A stretch of 64,000 nt of DNA, from assembly GCA_963664405.1 (NCBI GenBank), contig OY761158.1, positions 4,448,001-4,512,000 of the forward strand, in the 5' to 3' direction. Of the stretch, positions 30,283 through 41,597 are shown piece by piece (positions within the stretch are counted from its first letter, which is position 1; every line of letters begins with the position of its first letter). The position numbers and the translations under genes were made by a program. The notes beneath the pieces are model-generated. The model did not search any database and was not told the DNA's origin. It saw nothing but the letters and a program-made list of their open reading frames with translations. Source of the stretch: Thermoanaerobaculia bacterium (GTDB lineage Bacteria > Acidobacteriota > Thermoanaerobaculia > Multivoradales > Multivoraceae).

Positions 30283-31972
30283 TCCGGCTACGGCCTACGC
30301 CGCAGCGGTATGCAGGGGCGAGGTAATTACCGGGCGGCTAGTGCGGTTAGCCTGTGAGCGCCACCTTCGCGACCTGGAGCGCTCGGATATCGAGTGGTGT
30401 CCTGAGATCGGCGATACCTTCGTCGGCTTTATAGCGCACCTTCGCCACATCAAAGGACGGTGGGGGAAGGCGTATCACGGGCGCGGGGAAGCTGTGGAGC
30501 TCATGCCGTGGCAGTTGTTCTGCTCCTATTCGATGCTCGGCTGGCAGAGGATCGACGAGCTAGGGAACAGGGTGCGCCGCTTCCGCACTCATTACCGTCA
30601 AGTTGCCCGCAAGAACGGGAAGACGACGATGCTAGCGGTTGAGGGGGCTTGGCTCTTTTACTGCGACAAGGAACCCGGCGCCGAGGTCTACACTTGTGCG
30701 ACTAAGCTAGACCAGGCGCGCATCCTCCACGAGGTCGCCCGCACGATGATCGCCCGTTGTCGAATCCTTCAACCCATACGCGGGTTTTAAAATTCAACAT
30801 CTTCTGCTCCTCGACGAGCTCCAAGTTTGAACCGCTTGGTTCTGATTCAAAAACCCTCGACGGGCTCAACCCACACGCGGCTCTAGTAGATGAGTATCAC
30901 GCCCACCCGACGGACGAATTAGTTAATGTATTAAAGACCGGCATGGGGGCGAGGGAACAGCCTGCACTTATTATTATTACCTCAGCGAGTGATAATCTCG
31001 ATAGTCCTTGTGGAGCCGAGCGAGCTTATGCGATCAGGGTGCTTGAGCAGCGCCACGAGGACGACACTTATTTTGCCTACATTGTGGAGCCGGATAAAGA
31101 GGATGACTTTGCGGACGAGGCTTGCTGGGTGAAAGGGAACCCGTCGCTCGGTGTCACCGTGCGCATTCAAGAGCTCCGCGAAGAGTTTTCTCAGGCCAGA
31201 GAGACCCCAACGAAATTCGGCGATTTCCTTCGGAAGCGACTCGATATTTGGGTGGAGTCGAGCTCGAGCTGGATACCCTTTGAGACGGTGGAGGCATGGT
31301 GGAAGGAGTGTGCGGGCCCGGTAGATCCCAACCGCCTGAGGGGTCGGGTCTGTTATGGCGGTCTCGACATGTCCAGCGTTACGGATCTGACCTCATTGGC
31401 GCTCGTCTTCCCTCCGGATGGAAACTCGCGTGACTGGGCGCTACTACTGCGGTTGTGGTGCCCCGAGGTTGGCCTGACCGATCGCGTCCGGCGAGACAGG
31501 GTGCCGTATGACGGGTGGCAGCGAGAGGGTTGGCTCACCGCAACCGAGGGTAATCGCGTCGACTACGGCCAGGTGAAGAGAGAGGCGATCGAGATGCTCG
31601 AGCCATTCAAGGTGGCCAGCGTGGGCTTTGACCCCTGGAACGCCGAGATGATCTCGCAACAAACTCACGGAGGCAGGCGTGCCTATGACTGAGGTGCGGC
31701 AAAATTTCCGTGACTTGAGTCAAGGGATGAAGACCCTGAAGGGACTCATCTTTGACGCTCAATTGAGGCACGGCGACAACCAGGCGTTCCGTTGGATGCT
31801 CTCGAACGTGGCCGCGCGGGTGGACGAGAACGAGAACATAGCTCCGTCGAAGAAGAAGGCCTCCGAGAGGATCGATGGCGTGGTGGCGACCATCATGGCC
31901 ATAGCTCGCTCACAGAGTGAGGGCCCGCCGCCCGTGTCGAAATACGAAACCGAAGACCTGTTGGTGGTCTGA
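30248..31972 (+). CDS. Phage terminase large subunit (HK97-like), split by two frameshifts (~30780, ~31660)
   Basis: DPATAYA...RLACERHLRDL, LMPWQ, Walker A VARKNGKT, Walker B ALVDEYH, WVKGNPSLG, GGLDMSSVTDL, FDPWNA and RIDGVVA. The start is uncertain. Confidence 0.9.
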
Positions 31973-32124
31973 GGAGGTCAGAAGATGAGCAATACAGTAC
32001 GCGCCCGAAGTGCGACGTGGCAGCTAGTCGCCTGCGTCCTCTGTTTTCTGCACGGATGAGAGTGATCAGGGTAGTTGAAGGGAAAGGAGCAACATGGGCG
32101 CGGGGCGCGCAGTGTGGCAAGCGG

Positions 32125-32906
32125 ACGACCGACCGTCTCGTGAATCTGATCGACCAGCGCCTCGAGGAACTCCAGCGACGCCTTTCCATCGTGGACGTTA
32201 CCCGGACGGTTCTCGACCCGCAGGATCTGGCCCGACTGCGCCTCGTAGGCGGTGATCGGGTAGTAGCTCGGGACCTTCCGGTGGTGAGGATTGAAGCCAC
32301 GCTTCGCTCCTTCGACCGTCTGTCCAGTAGAGACCACCGAGCCATCGACATCGATCGTCAAGCGCGCCCGTCCCGCCGCATTCAGAGCCTCGCCGACCAC
32401 CTCCGAGTTGAGCCGTACCAAACGCGCCACGTGACTCGAGGACAGCTGCGCCAGCCACCCGCTTACGGTCCTTGTCGACGGGAGCCGGCGCAACCCGGCG
32501 AACCTGGCCAAGATCGGATCGAACTGCGCACGTAGCGAAGGTGCCAGATCCGACGACCGCCGACCATCAGAAGGCCGAGCAACAGAAGCAGCATCGGTAC
32601 GGTGCCGAAGTCCGTGTTCGGGAACGCATTCCCGACCAGGCGGCGAACCCGTTCGCGAAACCTCCGCCCCTGAACAAACTCCCGCACCAGCTCCAATCCG
32701 GCATGCGAAGTGACTTGCTGCAGGCCGCATCGGTACTCCATTCGACCGTTGACCCGACGCCTGAGATCTGCTCTTCTTAATCGCATTGAAAGTGGCCTTT
32801 CGTTGTGGTGACTTCTCTTGGGCTTTGACACCCGAAGTACACCACGGCGGAAGGCCTTTCTCTTCTCGGGACACCAGCTCACGGCGATCTTTCTCGCAAA
32901 TCGGGG
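32125..32906 (-). mobile_element. IS1380-family element, 3'-truncated (copy 1)
   Basis: VTSHAGLEL, LTIDVDGSV, GFNPHHRKVPSYYP and RPGNVHD. It is an inverted near-identical copy of 52752-53472. Confidence 0.85.
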
Positions 32907-33002
32907 CTAACCAAAAACCCGTTGCTGAAGTCCGAATCTAGCTGGCCGTGTTCCTGACCTTGAATCTGTCGAATTTGACTTTTTTCGCAGCAGCAACCGC
33001 AG

Positions 33003-33023
33003 TGTTATACTGAATTTAGTATA
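33003..33023 (+). promoter_or_regulatory. Extended -10 promoter overlapped by a palindromic operator (TA autoregulation)
   Basis: TGtTATACT, with the palindrome TATACT-gaattt-AGTATA about 30 bp upstream of the antitoxin. Confidence 0.6.
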
Positions 33024-33051
33024 TATTCGTAACAACCACGGAGTTTGAACG

Positions 33052-33330
33052 ATGCACCGAACGCAAGACACCTACCCACTCAGCCACCTTCGCCAGCACA
33101 TGAAAGACCATTTGGCCAGAGTGAAAGACGGCGCGGTCGAGACCATCACCCAGAACGGCGAAGCCGCCCTCGTGGTGATGAGCCCGGAGACCTACGATTA
33201 CATGGTCCACGTGCTGCAACGCGGCCACATCTGGGACCAAGCCATCGACCGGATTAACAACGGCGAACGAGGAAAGGATGCTCGGCAAGCCATACGTGAG
33301 CTGGCCGACAAGCTCGGCCTCGAACTGTGA
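33052..33330 (+). CDS. Phd/YefM-family antitoxin
   Basis: PLSHLRQHMKDHLARVK...ITQNGEAALVVMSPETY. It overlaps the toxin start (GTGA). Confidence 0.85.
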   Translation: MHRTQDTYPLSHLRQHMKDHLARVKDGAVETITQNGEAALVVMSPETYDYMVHVLQRGHIWDQAIDRINNGERGKDARQAIRELADKLGLEL

Positions 33331-33650
33331 GCCCGACCTATCAGGTCGTGTATCTCCCTGAAGCCGAAGCTGCGCTTGAGAAAACGGTCACGTATATCAC
33401 GGAACACGACGGCCGACAGCGCGCCGCCAACTGGCTGCGCTGCATGATCGAGAGCATCGACAAGCTGGAGACCATGCCGGCGCTCTTTGCCGTGCGAGGG
33501 GTGCGTGGCGGGCGTAAGATTCGCGCCAAACCCGTCATGAGCCATCTCGCGTACTATGTCATCGATGAACCACGCCGTATCGTGTTCATCATCGACGTCG
33601 CCGCTGGCGCGCAGGGACCCAAACGCGACAAATATGAGGGCAACGCATAA
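33327..33650 (+). CDS. ParE/RelE-family toxin
   Basis: YQVVYLPEAEAALE...YI...IDKLETMP...YYVIDE..RIVFIIDV. Confidence 0.85.
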   Translation: MSPTYQVVYLPEAEAALEKTVTYITEHDGRQRAANWLRCMIESIDKLETMPALFAVRGVRGGRKIRAKPVMSHLAYYVIDEPRRIVFIIDVAAGAQGPKRDKYEGNA

Positions 33651-33712
33651 CGTCGCATCCGAGCCGGAGGAGCCGAGCGAAAAACCTAGTAGCAGCGCCT
33701 TATAGGAGGCCC

Positions 33713-35707
33713 GTGGACCACCCTCAACTCAACTGGATCGCCAACTTCATCTGGGGCATCGCGGACGACGTGCTGCGCGACCTCTACGTCCGCGGCAAGT
33801 ACCGGGACGTCATCCTGCCGATGACGGTGCTGCGCCGGCTGGACGCGGTGCTGGTGGATAGCAAGCCGAACGTGCTCGAGATGAAGGCGGTGCTCGACCA
33901 GACCGGCGTCGTCGAGCAGGACGCGGCCCTCCGGCAGGCGGCGGGACAGGCCTTCTACAACACCTCGAAGTTCACCCTGCGCGACCTCCGGGCCCGCGCG
34001 AGCCGGCAGCAGCTCAGGGCCGACTTCGAGGCCTACCTCGACGGCTTCTCGCCCAACGTACAGGACATTCTCGAGAACTTCGAGTTCCGCAACCAGATCC
34101 CGCGGCTCTCGAAGGCCGACGCCCTGGGTACGCTCATCGAGAAGCTCACCTCGCCGGACGTTAACCTCAGCCCCGCCCCGGTGAAGCACGCTGACGGCTC
34201 GGTCCGGTATCCCGGTCTCGACAACCACGGGATGGGCTCGATCTTCGAGGAGTTGGTCCGCCGCTTCAACGAGGAGAACAACGAGGAGGCGGGCGAGCAC
34301 TGGACGCCGCGCGACGCCGTGCGGCTGATGGCGACGCTCGTCTTCCTCCCCGTCGCCGACGAGCTCAAGTCTGGCACCTACCTGCTCTATGACGGCGCCT
34401 GCGGCACCGGCGGGATGCTCACCGTCGCCGAGGAGACGCTGGGCCAGCTTGCGGCCGAGCGCGGCAAGGACGTCTCCACGCACCTGTTCGGCCAGGAGAT
34501 CAACGCCGAGACCTACGCCATCTGCACGGCCGACCTGCTGCTCAAGGGCGAGGGCGAGGCGGCCGACAACATCGTCGGCGGCCCGGAGCACTCCACCCTC
34601 GCCAACGACGCCTTCCCGTCCCGCGAGTTCGACTTCATGCTCTCCAACCCGCCCTACGGCAAGAGCTGGAAGACCGACCTGGAGCGCATGGGCGGTAAGA
34701 AGGATATGCGCGACCCGCGCTTCGTCATCGAGCACGGCGGCGACGGCGAGTACTCCCTGGTCACCCGCTCCAGCGACGGTCAGATGCTCTTCCTCGCCAA
34801 CAAGCTCTCGAAGATGAAGCAGGACACGCCGCTCGGCAGCCGCATCGCCGAGGTGCACAACGGCAGCGCGCTCTTCACCGGCGCCGCCGGGCAGGGCGAG
34901 AGCAACATCCGCCGCTGGATCATCGAGAACGACTGGCTGGAGGCGATCGTCGCCCTCCCACTCAATATGTTCTACAACACCGGCATCGCCACCTACGTCT
35001 GGGTGCTCACCAACCGCAAGCCCGAGCACCGCAAGGGCAGGGTGCAGTTGATCGACGCCACAAAGTGGTTCCAGCCGCTCCGCAAGAACCTGGGCAAGAA
35101 GAACTGCGAACTGGGCGAGGACGACATCGCCCGCATCTGCGACACCTTCCTCGCCTTCGAGGAAACCGAAGAGAGCCGCATCTTCGACAACGCCGCGTTC
35201 GGCTACTGGAAGGTGACCGTCGACCGGCCGCTACGTATCGCAGGTGCCGACCCGAACCGCGTCTACAAGGCGGCGGAGATCAAGGCGCTGAAGGAGACCG
35301 GCAAACGCAGCGATGCGGCGCCGGTCCTCCGGAAGATCCACAAGCGCGGCACGGAGGCTGACCCGCTGCGTGGCCTATTCGCGGCCAACGTTAACGGCCG
35401 GCCGGCTGTCGTGAAGTACGAGCCGGATACCGACCTGCGCGACACCGAGCAGATCCCGCTGCAGGAAGACGGCGGCATCGAGGCGTTCCTGCGGCGCGAG
35501 GTCCTGCCGTACGCGGCCGACGCCTGGTACCAGGCGGACAGTGTGAAGGTCGGCTACGAGATCAGCTTCACGCGCTACTTCTACAAGCCGAAGCCGATGC
35601 GGACGCTGGCCGAGATTCGGGCGGATATTCTGGCGCTGGAGCAGGAGACGGAGGGGCTGCTGGCCGAGATCCTCGGCGGCGGCGAACAGCGGGAGACGAC
35701 GGCATGA
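33713..35707 (+). CDS. hsdM: Type I restriction-modification methyltransferase subunit
   Basis: NFIWGIADDVLRD, AGEHWTPRD, YDGACGTGGML, GQEIN, NPPY and MFYNTGIATY. Confidence 0.95.
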   Translation: MDHPQLNWIANFIWGIADDVLRDLYVRGKYRDVILPMTVLRRLDAVLVDSKPNVLEMKAVLDQTGVVEQDAALRQAAGQAFYNTSKFTLRDLRARASRQQLRADFEAYLDGFSPNVQDILENFEFRNQIPRLSKADALGTLIEKLTSPDVNLSPAPVKHADGSVRYPGLDNHGMGSIFEELVRRFNEENNEEAGEHWTPRDAVRLMATLVFLPVADELKSGTYLLYDGACGTGGMLTVAEETLGQLAAERGKDVSTHLFGQEINAETYAICTADLLLKGEGEAADNIVGGPEHSTLANDAFPSREFDFMLSNPPYGKSWKTDLERMGGKKDMRDPRFVIEHGGDGEYSLVTRSSDGQMLFLANKLSKMKQDTPLGSRIAEVHNGSALFTGAAGQGESNIRRWIIENDWLEAIVALPLNMFYNTGIATYVWVLTNRKPEHRKGRVQLIDATKWFQPLRKNLGKKNCELGEDDIARICDTFLAFEETEESRIFDNAAFGYWKVTVDRPLRIAGADPNRVYKAAEIKALKETGKRSDAAPVLRKIHKRGTEADPLRGLFAANVNGRPAVVKYEPDTDLRDTEQIPLQEDGGIEAFLRREVLPYAADAWYQADSVKVGYEISFTRYFYKPKPMRTLAEIRADILALEQETEGLLAEILGGGEQRETTA

Positions 35708-35916
35708 CCGAGATCATCTTCGAAGTCACCGAAGACGAAGTGGACGGCGGGTATTCGGCCAGCGCGCTCGGGCACGGCATCCACACGCAGGGCGACTCGG
35801 TCGAGGAAATCCGCAGCAACGTCAAGGAGGCCGTCGACTGCTACTTCGACGACACCATGCCGCGACCGAAGTTGATCCGGTTGCACTTCGTGCGGGACGA
35901 GGTTCTTGTGGCATGA
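35704..35916 (+). CDS. HicB-like antitoxin
   Basis: IIFEVTEDEVDGGYSASALGHGIHTQGDSVEEIRSNVKEAVDCYF. ATGA-coupled to hsdM. Confidence 0.8.
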   Translation: MTEIIFEVTEDEVDGGYSASALGHGIHTQGDSVEEIRSNVKEAVDCYFDDTMPRPKLIRLHFVRDEVLVA

Positions 35917-36869
35917 CGCTGCCCCGCAGCGTGAACGGCGTGCGTCTGCGGAACGGGGTAGAGGACGCCCGAGTGACACAACATCTCGACTATTGGCTGC
36001 TGACGGCCAGGGAACTACAGCAGTACCTCAGTTGGACAGAGGAGGCGGCGGCGCGAGCGTACAAACAGATGATGGAGCCAGTCATACGACAGGCGGCCCA
36101 GGACTGGGCACGGATATCGGCAACCGCGCAAGAACACGTGGCGCAGATCGCACGATTTAGAGCCAAAAGAGAGAAGCAGAACGAAAGAACCAAGAAGCTC
36201 CTAACGGAACTGCCAGGCACTGGATGTCCACTGGACGATTGCACCGGCGAATTGATTGGGCAAGACAGGGAAGAAGACGAACGATACGCAGAAATGATAG
36301 GTGCACGTTTCGAGATCCGCTGCACCGTGTGCGACGCAGAGGTGTACCCACCACCAGCCATGTGGCTGCAGCAACACGGTGCAGAGTATTTTCGAGCCGG
36401 ACGAGAATTACTGCGTAGTACAAAACCACAATCGGTTGGCATGCCAACCATTTTCGTGTTGCACCAAGCAGCGGAGCTGTACCTCAAGTCCCTGGGAACA
36501 CTTAATGTGTACCGCGGGGACACCGACGACGAAACGCCAGCGGGGCCAGGACTCGAAAACAGGAAGCATGACCTCGACCGGTTGCTGAGTAAGGTGTATC
36601 CATCTATTAGGAGAAGACTAGAAGAACATTACGCAGAAGCCACAGCACCGAGGCAGACAGTCGAAGCGCTAATAGGCCAAATACCGCAACAGACAGCAGA
36701 AGTCTGTCGGTACGGGTATCTCTTTAAGGGGCAATATCCGGAAGTGTGCATCGCAACAAATGGGATGGTCATACGGACGGAAGATCAAACGGAAACGAAC
36801 GTTACTCAGGTGCTGATGGACCTATGCACGCTACTGGACAGGTTTGTCGGAGCAGAGAGCCCATGGTAG
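35913..36869 (+). CDS. Zn-ribbon + HEPN-domain protein (alternative start GTG 35973)
   Basis: CPLDDC...CTVC, then the HEPN signature IFVLHQAAELYLKSL...KHDLDRLL...RY. Visibly more A-rich than hsdM. Confidence 0.7.
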   Translation: MTLPRSVNGVRLRNGVEDARVTQHLDYWLLTARELQQYLSWTEEAAARAYKQMMEPVIRQAAQDWARISATAQEHVAQIARFRAKREKQNERTKKLLTELPGTGCPLDDCTGELIGQDREEDERYAEMIGARFEIRCTVCDAEVYPPPAMWLQQHGAEYFRAGRELLRSTKPQSVGMPTIFVLHQAAELYLKSLGTLNVYRGDTDDETPAGPGLENRKHDLDRLLSKVYPSIRRRLEEHYAEATAPRQTVEALIGQIPQQTAEVCRYGYLFKGQYPEVCIATNGMVIRTEDQTETNVTQVLMDLCTLLDRFVGAESPW

Positions 36870-38332
36870 GAAGTATCGGAACCCCGTCTATCGATGCTGA
36901 GGGAATTCTGGTCGGGCCTGGTGCGGTTGCAAACGCTGGACTCAAGTCTTATCCGGAGTTGAAAGATTCCGGCGTGTCGTGGCTTGGGAAGGTGCCGACG
37001 TATTGGGAGGTGCGGAGACTCAAGAGCTGGCTGGACGTCAATGAATTCGTCCTGTCGGAAGACACTGACCCAGAGTACACATTCGAGTACCTGGACATCG
37101 GGTCAGTTGCGACTGGCCGATTGACCGCAAAGCCCGAACGGATTCGATTCGGAAACTCACCGTCTCGGGCAAGGCGTGTCGTCAGGCCAGGCGATACGAT
37201 CGTTTCGACGGTGAGGACCTATCTGAAAGCTGTCTGGCACGCGGAACACCCGGGTGATGATCTAGTCGCGTCAACCGGTTTCGCAGTGCTGACGCCGCCG
37301 CGCGGCGCGTTCCCGAGGTTCGTAAGCTATTTCTGCCAGAGTGATCCGTTCACAAACCGCGTTACGGCAGAGGCAGTGGGAATCGCATATCCAGCGATTG
37401 CCGAGACAAGGCTGGGAACGTTCGAGGTCTGCATTCCGCCCTACCCCGAACAAGCCGCCATCGTCCGTTTCCTCGACCACGCCGACCGGCGCATCCGGCG
37501 CTACCTCCGCGCCAAGCAGAAGCTGATCACGCTGCTGGAGGAGCAGAAGCAGGCCATTATCCACCGCGCCGTCACGCGCGGCCTCGACCCGAACGTCCGC
37601 CTCAAGCCCTCGGGGGTGGAGTGGCTGGGCGACGTGCCGGAGCATTGGGGAATGCGGCGGAATGGCAGGCTCTTTGTCCAGCGAAACGAAACGGGGTTCC
37701 CTGAACTCCCTATCCTCGAAGTTTCGCTAAACACCAGCGTTCGCATCCGTGACTTCGAAAACTCAGACCGTAAACAGATAATGGCAGTCCGCAGTGAGTA
37801 CAAACGAGCAGTCAAGGGTGATATCGCCTACAACATGATGCGAATGTGGCAAGGAGCAGTCGGGGTGGTTCCGGTCGATGGCTTAGTCAGCCCGGCGTAT
37901 GTCGTCGCCAGACCGCTGAAAGGGACCGAGTCTCGGTACTTCGGCAATCTTTTCCGTACCAATGCGTACATGGCTGAGGTTGACAAATACTCGCACGGCA
38001 TTGTCAGGGATCGTAACCGGCTGTACTGGGAGGACTTCAAACAGATGCCGACTCCTTGTCCTCCACCGGATGAGCAGGGCCGCATCGTCCGCTATCTCGA
38101 TAAGACAACCGCCGACGTCGACACCGCCATCGACCGCGCCTGTCGCCAGATCGATCTCCTCCAGGAGTACCGCACCCGTCTCATCGCCGACGTGGTGACC
38201 GGCAAGCTGGACGTGCGCGAGGCAGCGGCAAGCCTGCTGGAGGAAGCCGATGAATTGGAGCCGCTCGACGAGGCGGATGCCTTGATCGACGGCGAGGAAG
38301 AGCCCACCGACGCCCTCGCCACCGTCCCCTAG
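36863..38332 (+). CDS. hsdS: Type I RM specificity subunit
   Basis: KDSGVSWLGKVPTYWEV, PPYPEQAAIVRFLD, LKPSGVEWLGDVPEHW, PPPDEQ and EYRTRLIADVVTGKLDVR. Two TRDs. Confidence 0.93.
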   Translation: MVGSIGTPSIDAEGILVGPGAVANAGLKSYPELKDSGVSWLGKVPTYWEVRRLKSWLDVNEFVLSEDTDPEYTFEYLDIGSVATGRLTAKPERIRFGNSPSRARRVVRPGDTIVSTVRTYLKAVWHAEHPGDDLVASTGFAVLTPPRGAFPRFVSYFCQSDPFTNRVTAEAVGIAYPAIAETRLGTFEVCIPPYPEQAAIVRFLDHADRRIRRYLRAKQKLITLLEEQKQAIIHRAVTRGLDPNVRLKPSGVEWLGDVPEHWGMRRNGRLFVQRNETGFPELPILEVSLNTSVRIRDFENSDRKQIMAVRSEYKRAVKGDIAYNMMRMWQGAVGVVPVDGLVSPAYVVARPLKGTESRYFGNLFRTNAYMAEVDKYSHGIVRDRNRLYWEDFKQMPTPCPPPDEQGRIVRYLDKTTADVDTAIDRACRQIDLLQEYRTRLIADVVTGKLDVREAAASLLEEADELEPLDEADALIDGEEEPTDALATVP

Positions 38333-38343
38333 GAGGCTGCGGT

Positions 38344-41300
38344 GTGACGACCGACACCAGCGAACGCGGCCTCGAACGCCTGATTTGCACGGCGCTGACC
38401 GGCCATCCCTGCGATCCACCGCAAGAGCGCAGGGCAGCGGAGGCCCGCCCCGGCTACGGCGGCGCGGGCTGGAGCGGCGGCAATCCCCACGACTACGACC
38501 GCGAGTTCTGCGTCGATCGGGTCCAGCTCTCGGCATTCCTGAAGTCCACCCAGCCGGACGCCGCCGAATCGCTGGCGCTGGACGAGGACGGTCCGACGCG
38601 GCGCAAGTTCCTCGCCCGGCTGCAGGGCGAGATCACGAAGCGCGGCACCATCGACGTGCTGCGCCACGGCCTCAGGCACGGCGCGCACGACCTGGACATC
38701 TTCTACGGCACGCCGTCGGCCGGGAACGTGCAGGCGCAGCAGCGCTTCGAGCAGAACCACTTCACCGTCGTCCGGCAGCTCCGCTACAGCCGCGACGACA
38801 CCCACCGGGCGCTCGACATCGGGCTCTTCATCAACGGCCTGCCGGTCTTCACGTTCGAGCTGAAGAACAGCCTCACCAAGCAGACCGTTAACGATGCGGT
38901 GTGGCAGTACCAGGAGGACCGTAACCCCCGCGAGAAGCTGTTCGAGTTCGGCCGCTGCGTGGCCCACTTCGCGGTGGACGAGAGCGACGTGCGCTTCTGC
39001 ACCCACCTCAAGGGGAAGGCGTCCTGGTTCCTGCCGTTCAACCTGGGTTGGAACGACGGCGCTGGCAATCCGCCCAACCCGAGCGGCATCAAGACCGACT
39101 ACCTGTGGCGCGAGGTGCTGACCCGCGAGAGCCTGACCGACATCCTGGAGAACTACGCCCAGGTGGTGGAGGCGAAGGACGAGAAGACCGGCAAGAAAAA
39201 GCGGACGCAGATTTGGCCGCGCTACCAACAGCTCGACGTGGTGCGCCGGCTGCTGGCCGACGCCGCGACGCGCGGGGCGGGGCGGCGCTACCTGATCCAG
39301 CACTCGGCGGGCAGCGGGAAGAGCAACTCCATCGCCTGGCTGGCCCACCAACTGATCGGACTCGCGAAGGACGACGCTTCGACATTCGACTCGATCATCG
39401 TGGTCACCGACCGGCGCATCCTCGACCGGCAGATCCGCGACACCATCAAGCAGTACGCCCAGGTCGGCGCGACGGTGGGGCACGCGGAGCGCTCCGGAGA
39501 CCTGCGCCGGTTCATCGAGGCCGGCAAGAAGATCATCATCTCGACGGTTCAGAAGTTCCCCTTCATCCTCGCCGAGATCGGCAACGAGCAGCGCGGCCAG
39601 CGCTTTGCCATCCTCATCGACGAGGCCCACTCCAGCCAAGGTGGGCGCACCTCGGCGTCCATTTCGGCCGCGCTGGGGACAGCCGGTGAAGAGGCCGAGG
39701 AGGAGACCACCGAGGATCACATCAACCGCCTGATGGAGTCGCGCAAGCTGCTCCCGAACGCCAGCTACTTCGCGTTCACCGCCACCCCGAAGAACAAGAC
39801 GCTGGAGATCTTCGGCGAGCCGGACCCGCAGCCCGGCGGCGCGGTCAGGCACCACGCCTTCCACAGCTACACCATGAAGCAGGCAATCCAGGAGGGGTTC
39901 ATCCTGGACGTGCTGGCGCACTACACACCGGTGGCCAGCTACTACCGGCTTGCCAAGACGGTGGAGGACGACCCGGAGTTCGACGTCAAGAAGGTGCAGA
40001 AGAAGCTCCGTCGCTACGTCGAGGGCCACGACCACGCGATCCGCCTCAAGGCCGAGATCGTGGTCGACCACTTCCACGAGCAGGTCATCGCGAAGAACAA
40101 GATCGGCGGCGAGGCGCGGGCGATGGTGGTCACCAACGGCATCGAGCGCGCCCTCCAGTACTTCCACGCCATCCGCGACTACCTGCAGGAGCGCAAGAGC
40201 CAGTACCGGGCAATCGTGGCCTTCTCCGGCGAGCCCGAGTTCGGCGGCGAGAAGGTGACCGAGGCGTCGCTGAACGGCTTTCCGTCCGGCCAGATCACCG
40301 ACAAGGATCCAGCAGGATCCGTACCGCTTCCTGGTCTGCGCCGACAAGTTCCAGACCGGCTACGACGAGCCGCTGCTGCACACGATGTACGTGGACAAGA
40401 CGTTGTCCGGCATCAAGGCGGTGCAGACCCTCTCGCGCCTCAACCGGGCGCATCCGAAGAAGCACGATGTCTTCGTGCTCGACTTCCTTAACGACGCCGA
40501 CACCATCCGCGACGCCTTCACCGACTACTACCGCGCGACGATCCTGGCCGGCAAGACAGACCCCGACAAGCTCCACGACCTGCAGGCGGACCTGGATGCC
40601 GCCCAGGTCTACTCACCCGAGCAAATCGACGACTTCGTCGAGCGCTACCTCGACGGGGCCGAGCGCGACCAATTGGATCCGATCCTCGACGCCTGCGTGG
40701 CGGTCTATCGGAACAACTTGGACGAGGACGGGCAGGTGGACTTCAAGGGCAAGGCCAAGGCATTCGCGCGGACCTACGGCTTCCTGTCGTGCATCCTGCC
40801 GTACACCTACGCCCCGTGGGAGAAGCGCTCCATCTTCCTGAACTTCCTGATCTCGAAGCTGCCGGCGCCCGAGGAGGAGGACCTCTCCAAGGGCATCCTC
40901 GACGCCATCGACATGGACAGCTATCGGGTCGAGAAGCGCGCGGTGCAGCAGATCCTGCTGCCCGACGAGAATGCCGAGATCGCACCCGTGCCACCGAGCG
41001 GCGGCGGCCACGTGCCAGAGCCGGAGCTGGAGCGGCTCTCGAGCATCTTGAGAGAGTTCAATGACCTGTTCGGTGCCATCGCGTGGCAGGACACCGACCG
41101 TGTGAAGGAGATGATCACGGAGACCATTCCTTTTCGAGTCGCCCAGGACGCTGCGTTCAAGAACGCTCGCCTGAACTCAGATCAGGACAATGCTCGCATT
41201 GAGCACGGCAAGGCGCTCACCCGTGTCATGACAGCGCTAATCAAGGATGATGCCGAACTGTTCAAACAATTCATGGACAACGACAGCTTCAAGCGTTGGA

Positions 41301-41344
41301 TGACTGAGACCGTGTTCACCTTGGCCTGTAAGCAGGCCAGTTGA
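38344..41344 (+). CDS. hsdR: Type I RM restriction subunit (one frameshift near 40305)
   Basis: LDIGLFINGLPVFTFELKN, QHSAGSGKS, DEAHSSQ and FTATPK, continuing in another frame as KFQTGYDEP and AVQTLSRLNR. Confidence 0.92.
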
Positions 41345-41532
41345 CGGCTGGCCGTGCGGGATGCCTCAGTGCTGGCCGTGACGCGCCGTTTGGCGGCCGA
41401 ATACCCCCGCTACAGGTATCGCAAAGAAGAAGTCCTGTCCTCGTGGGTTGTCGATGCGGTATACCTGACCCGTCCACCGCTTACCAACTCAGCCAAACTA
41501 CCCCTATTCAGGCTGGTGATTCTCGATATTTA

Positions 41533-41597
41533 GCTGACCAATTAGTTGACCAGATGTTTGTAGTGAGAGCGTACTATCGTTCTTTATCAGTAAGTTA
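41533..41597 (+). promoter_or_regulatory. Putative right-hand att arm: arm-type repeats plus IHF consensus
   Basis: GCTGACCA/GTTGACCA with a 12-bp period, as at 23127-23146. TATCAGTAAGTTA at 41585-41597 matches WATCARNNNNTTR. Confidence 0.55.

Noticed and set aside
32010-32040. GTGCG group II intron 5' end after terL
   Set aside because: No domain V/VI or reverse transcriptase was found, and the motif is too short.
33686-40347. Long minus-strand ORFs (33686-35029, 38329-40347) and similar ones (4156-5556, 50187-51704)
   Set aside because: These are antisense shadows of well-supported GC-rich genes and carry no motifs of their own.
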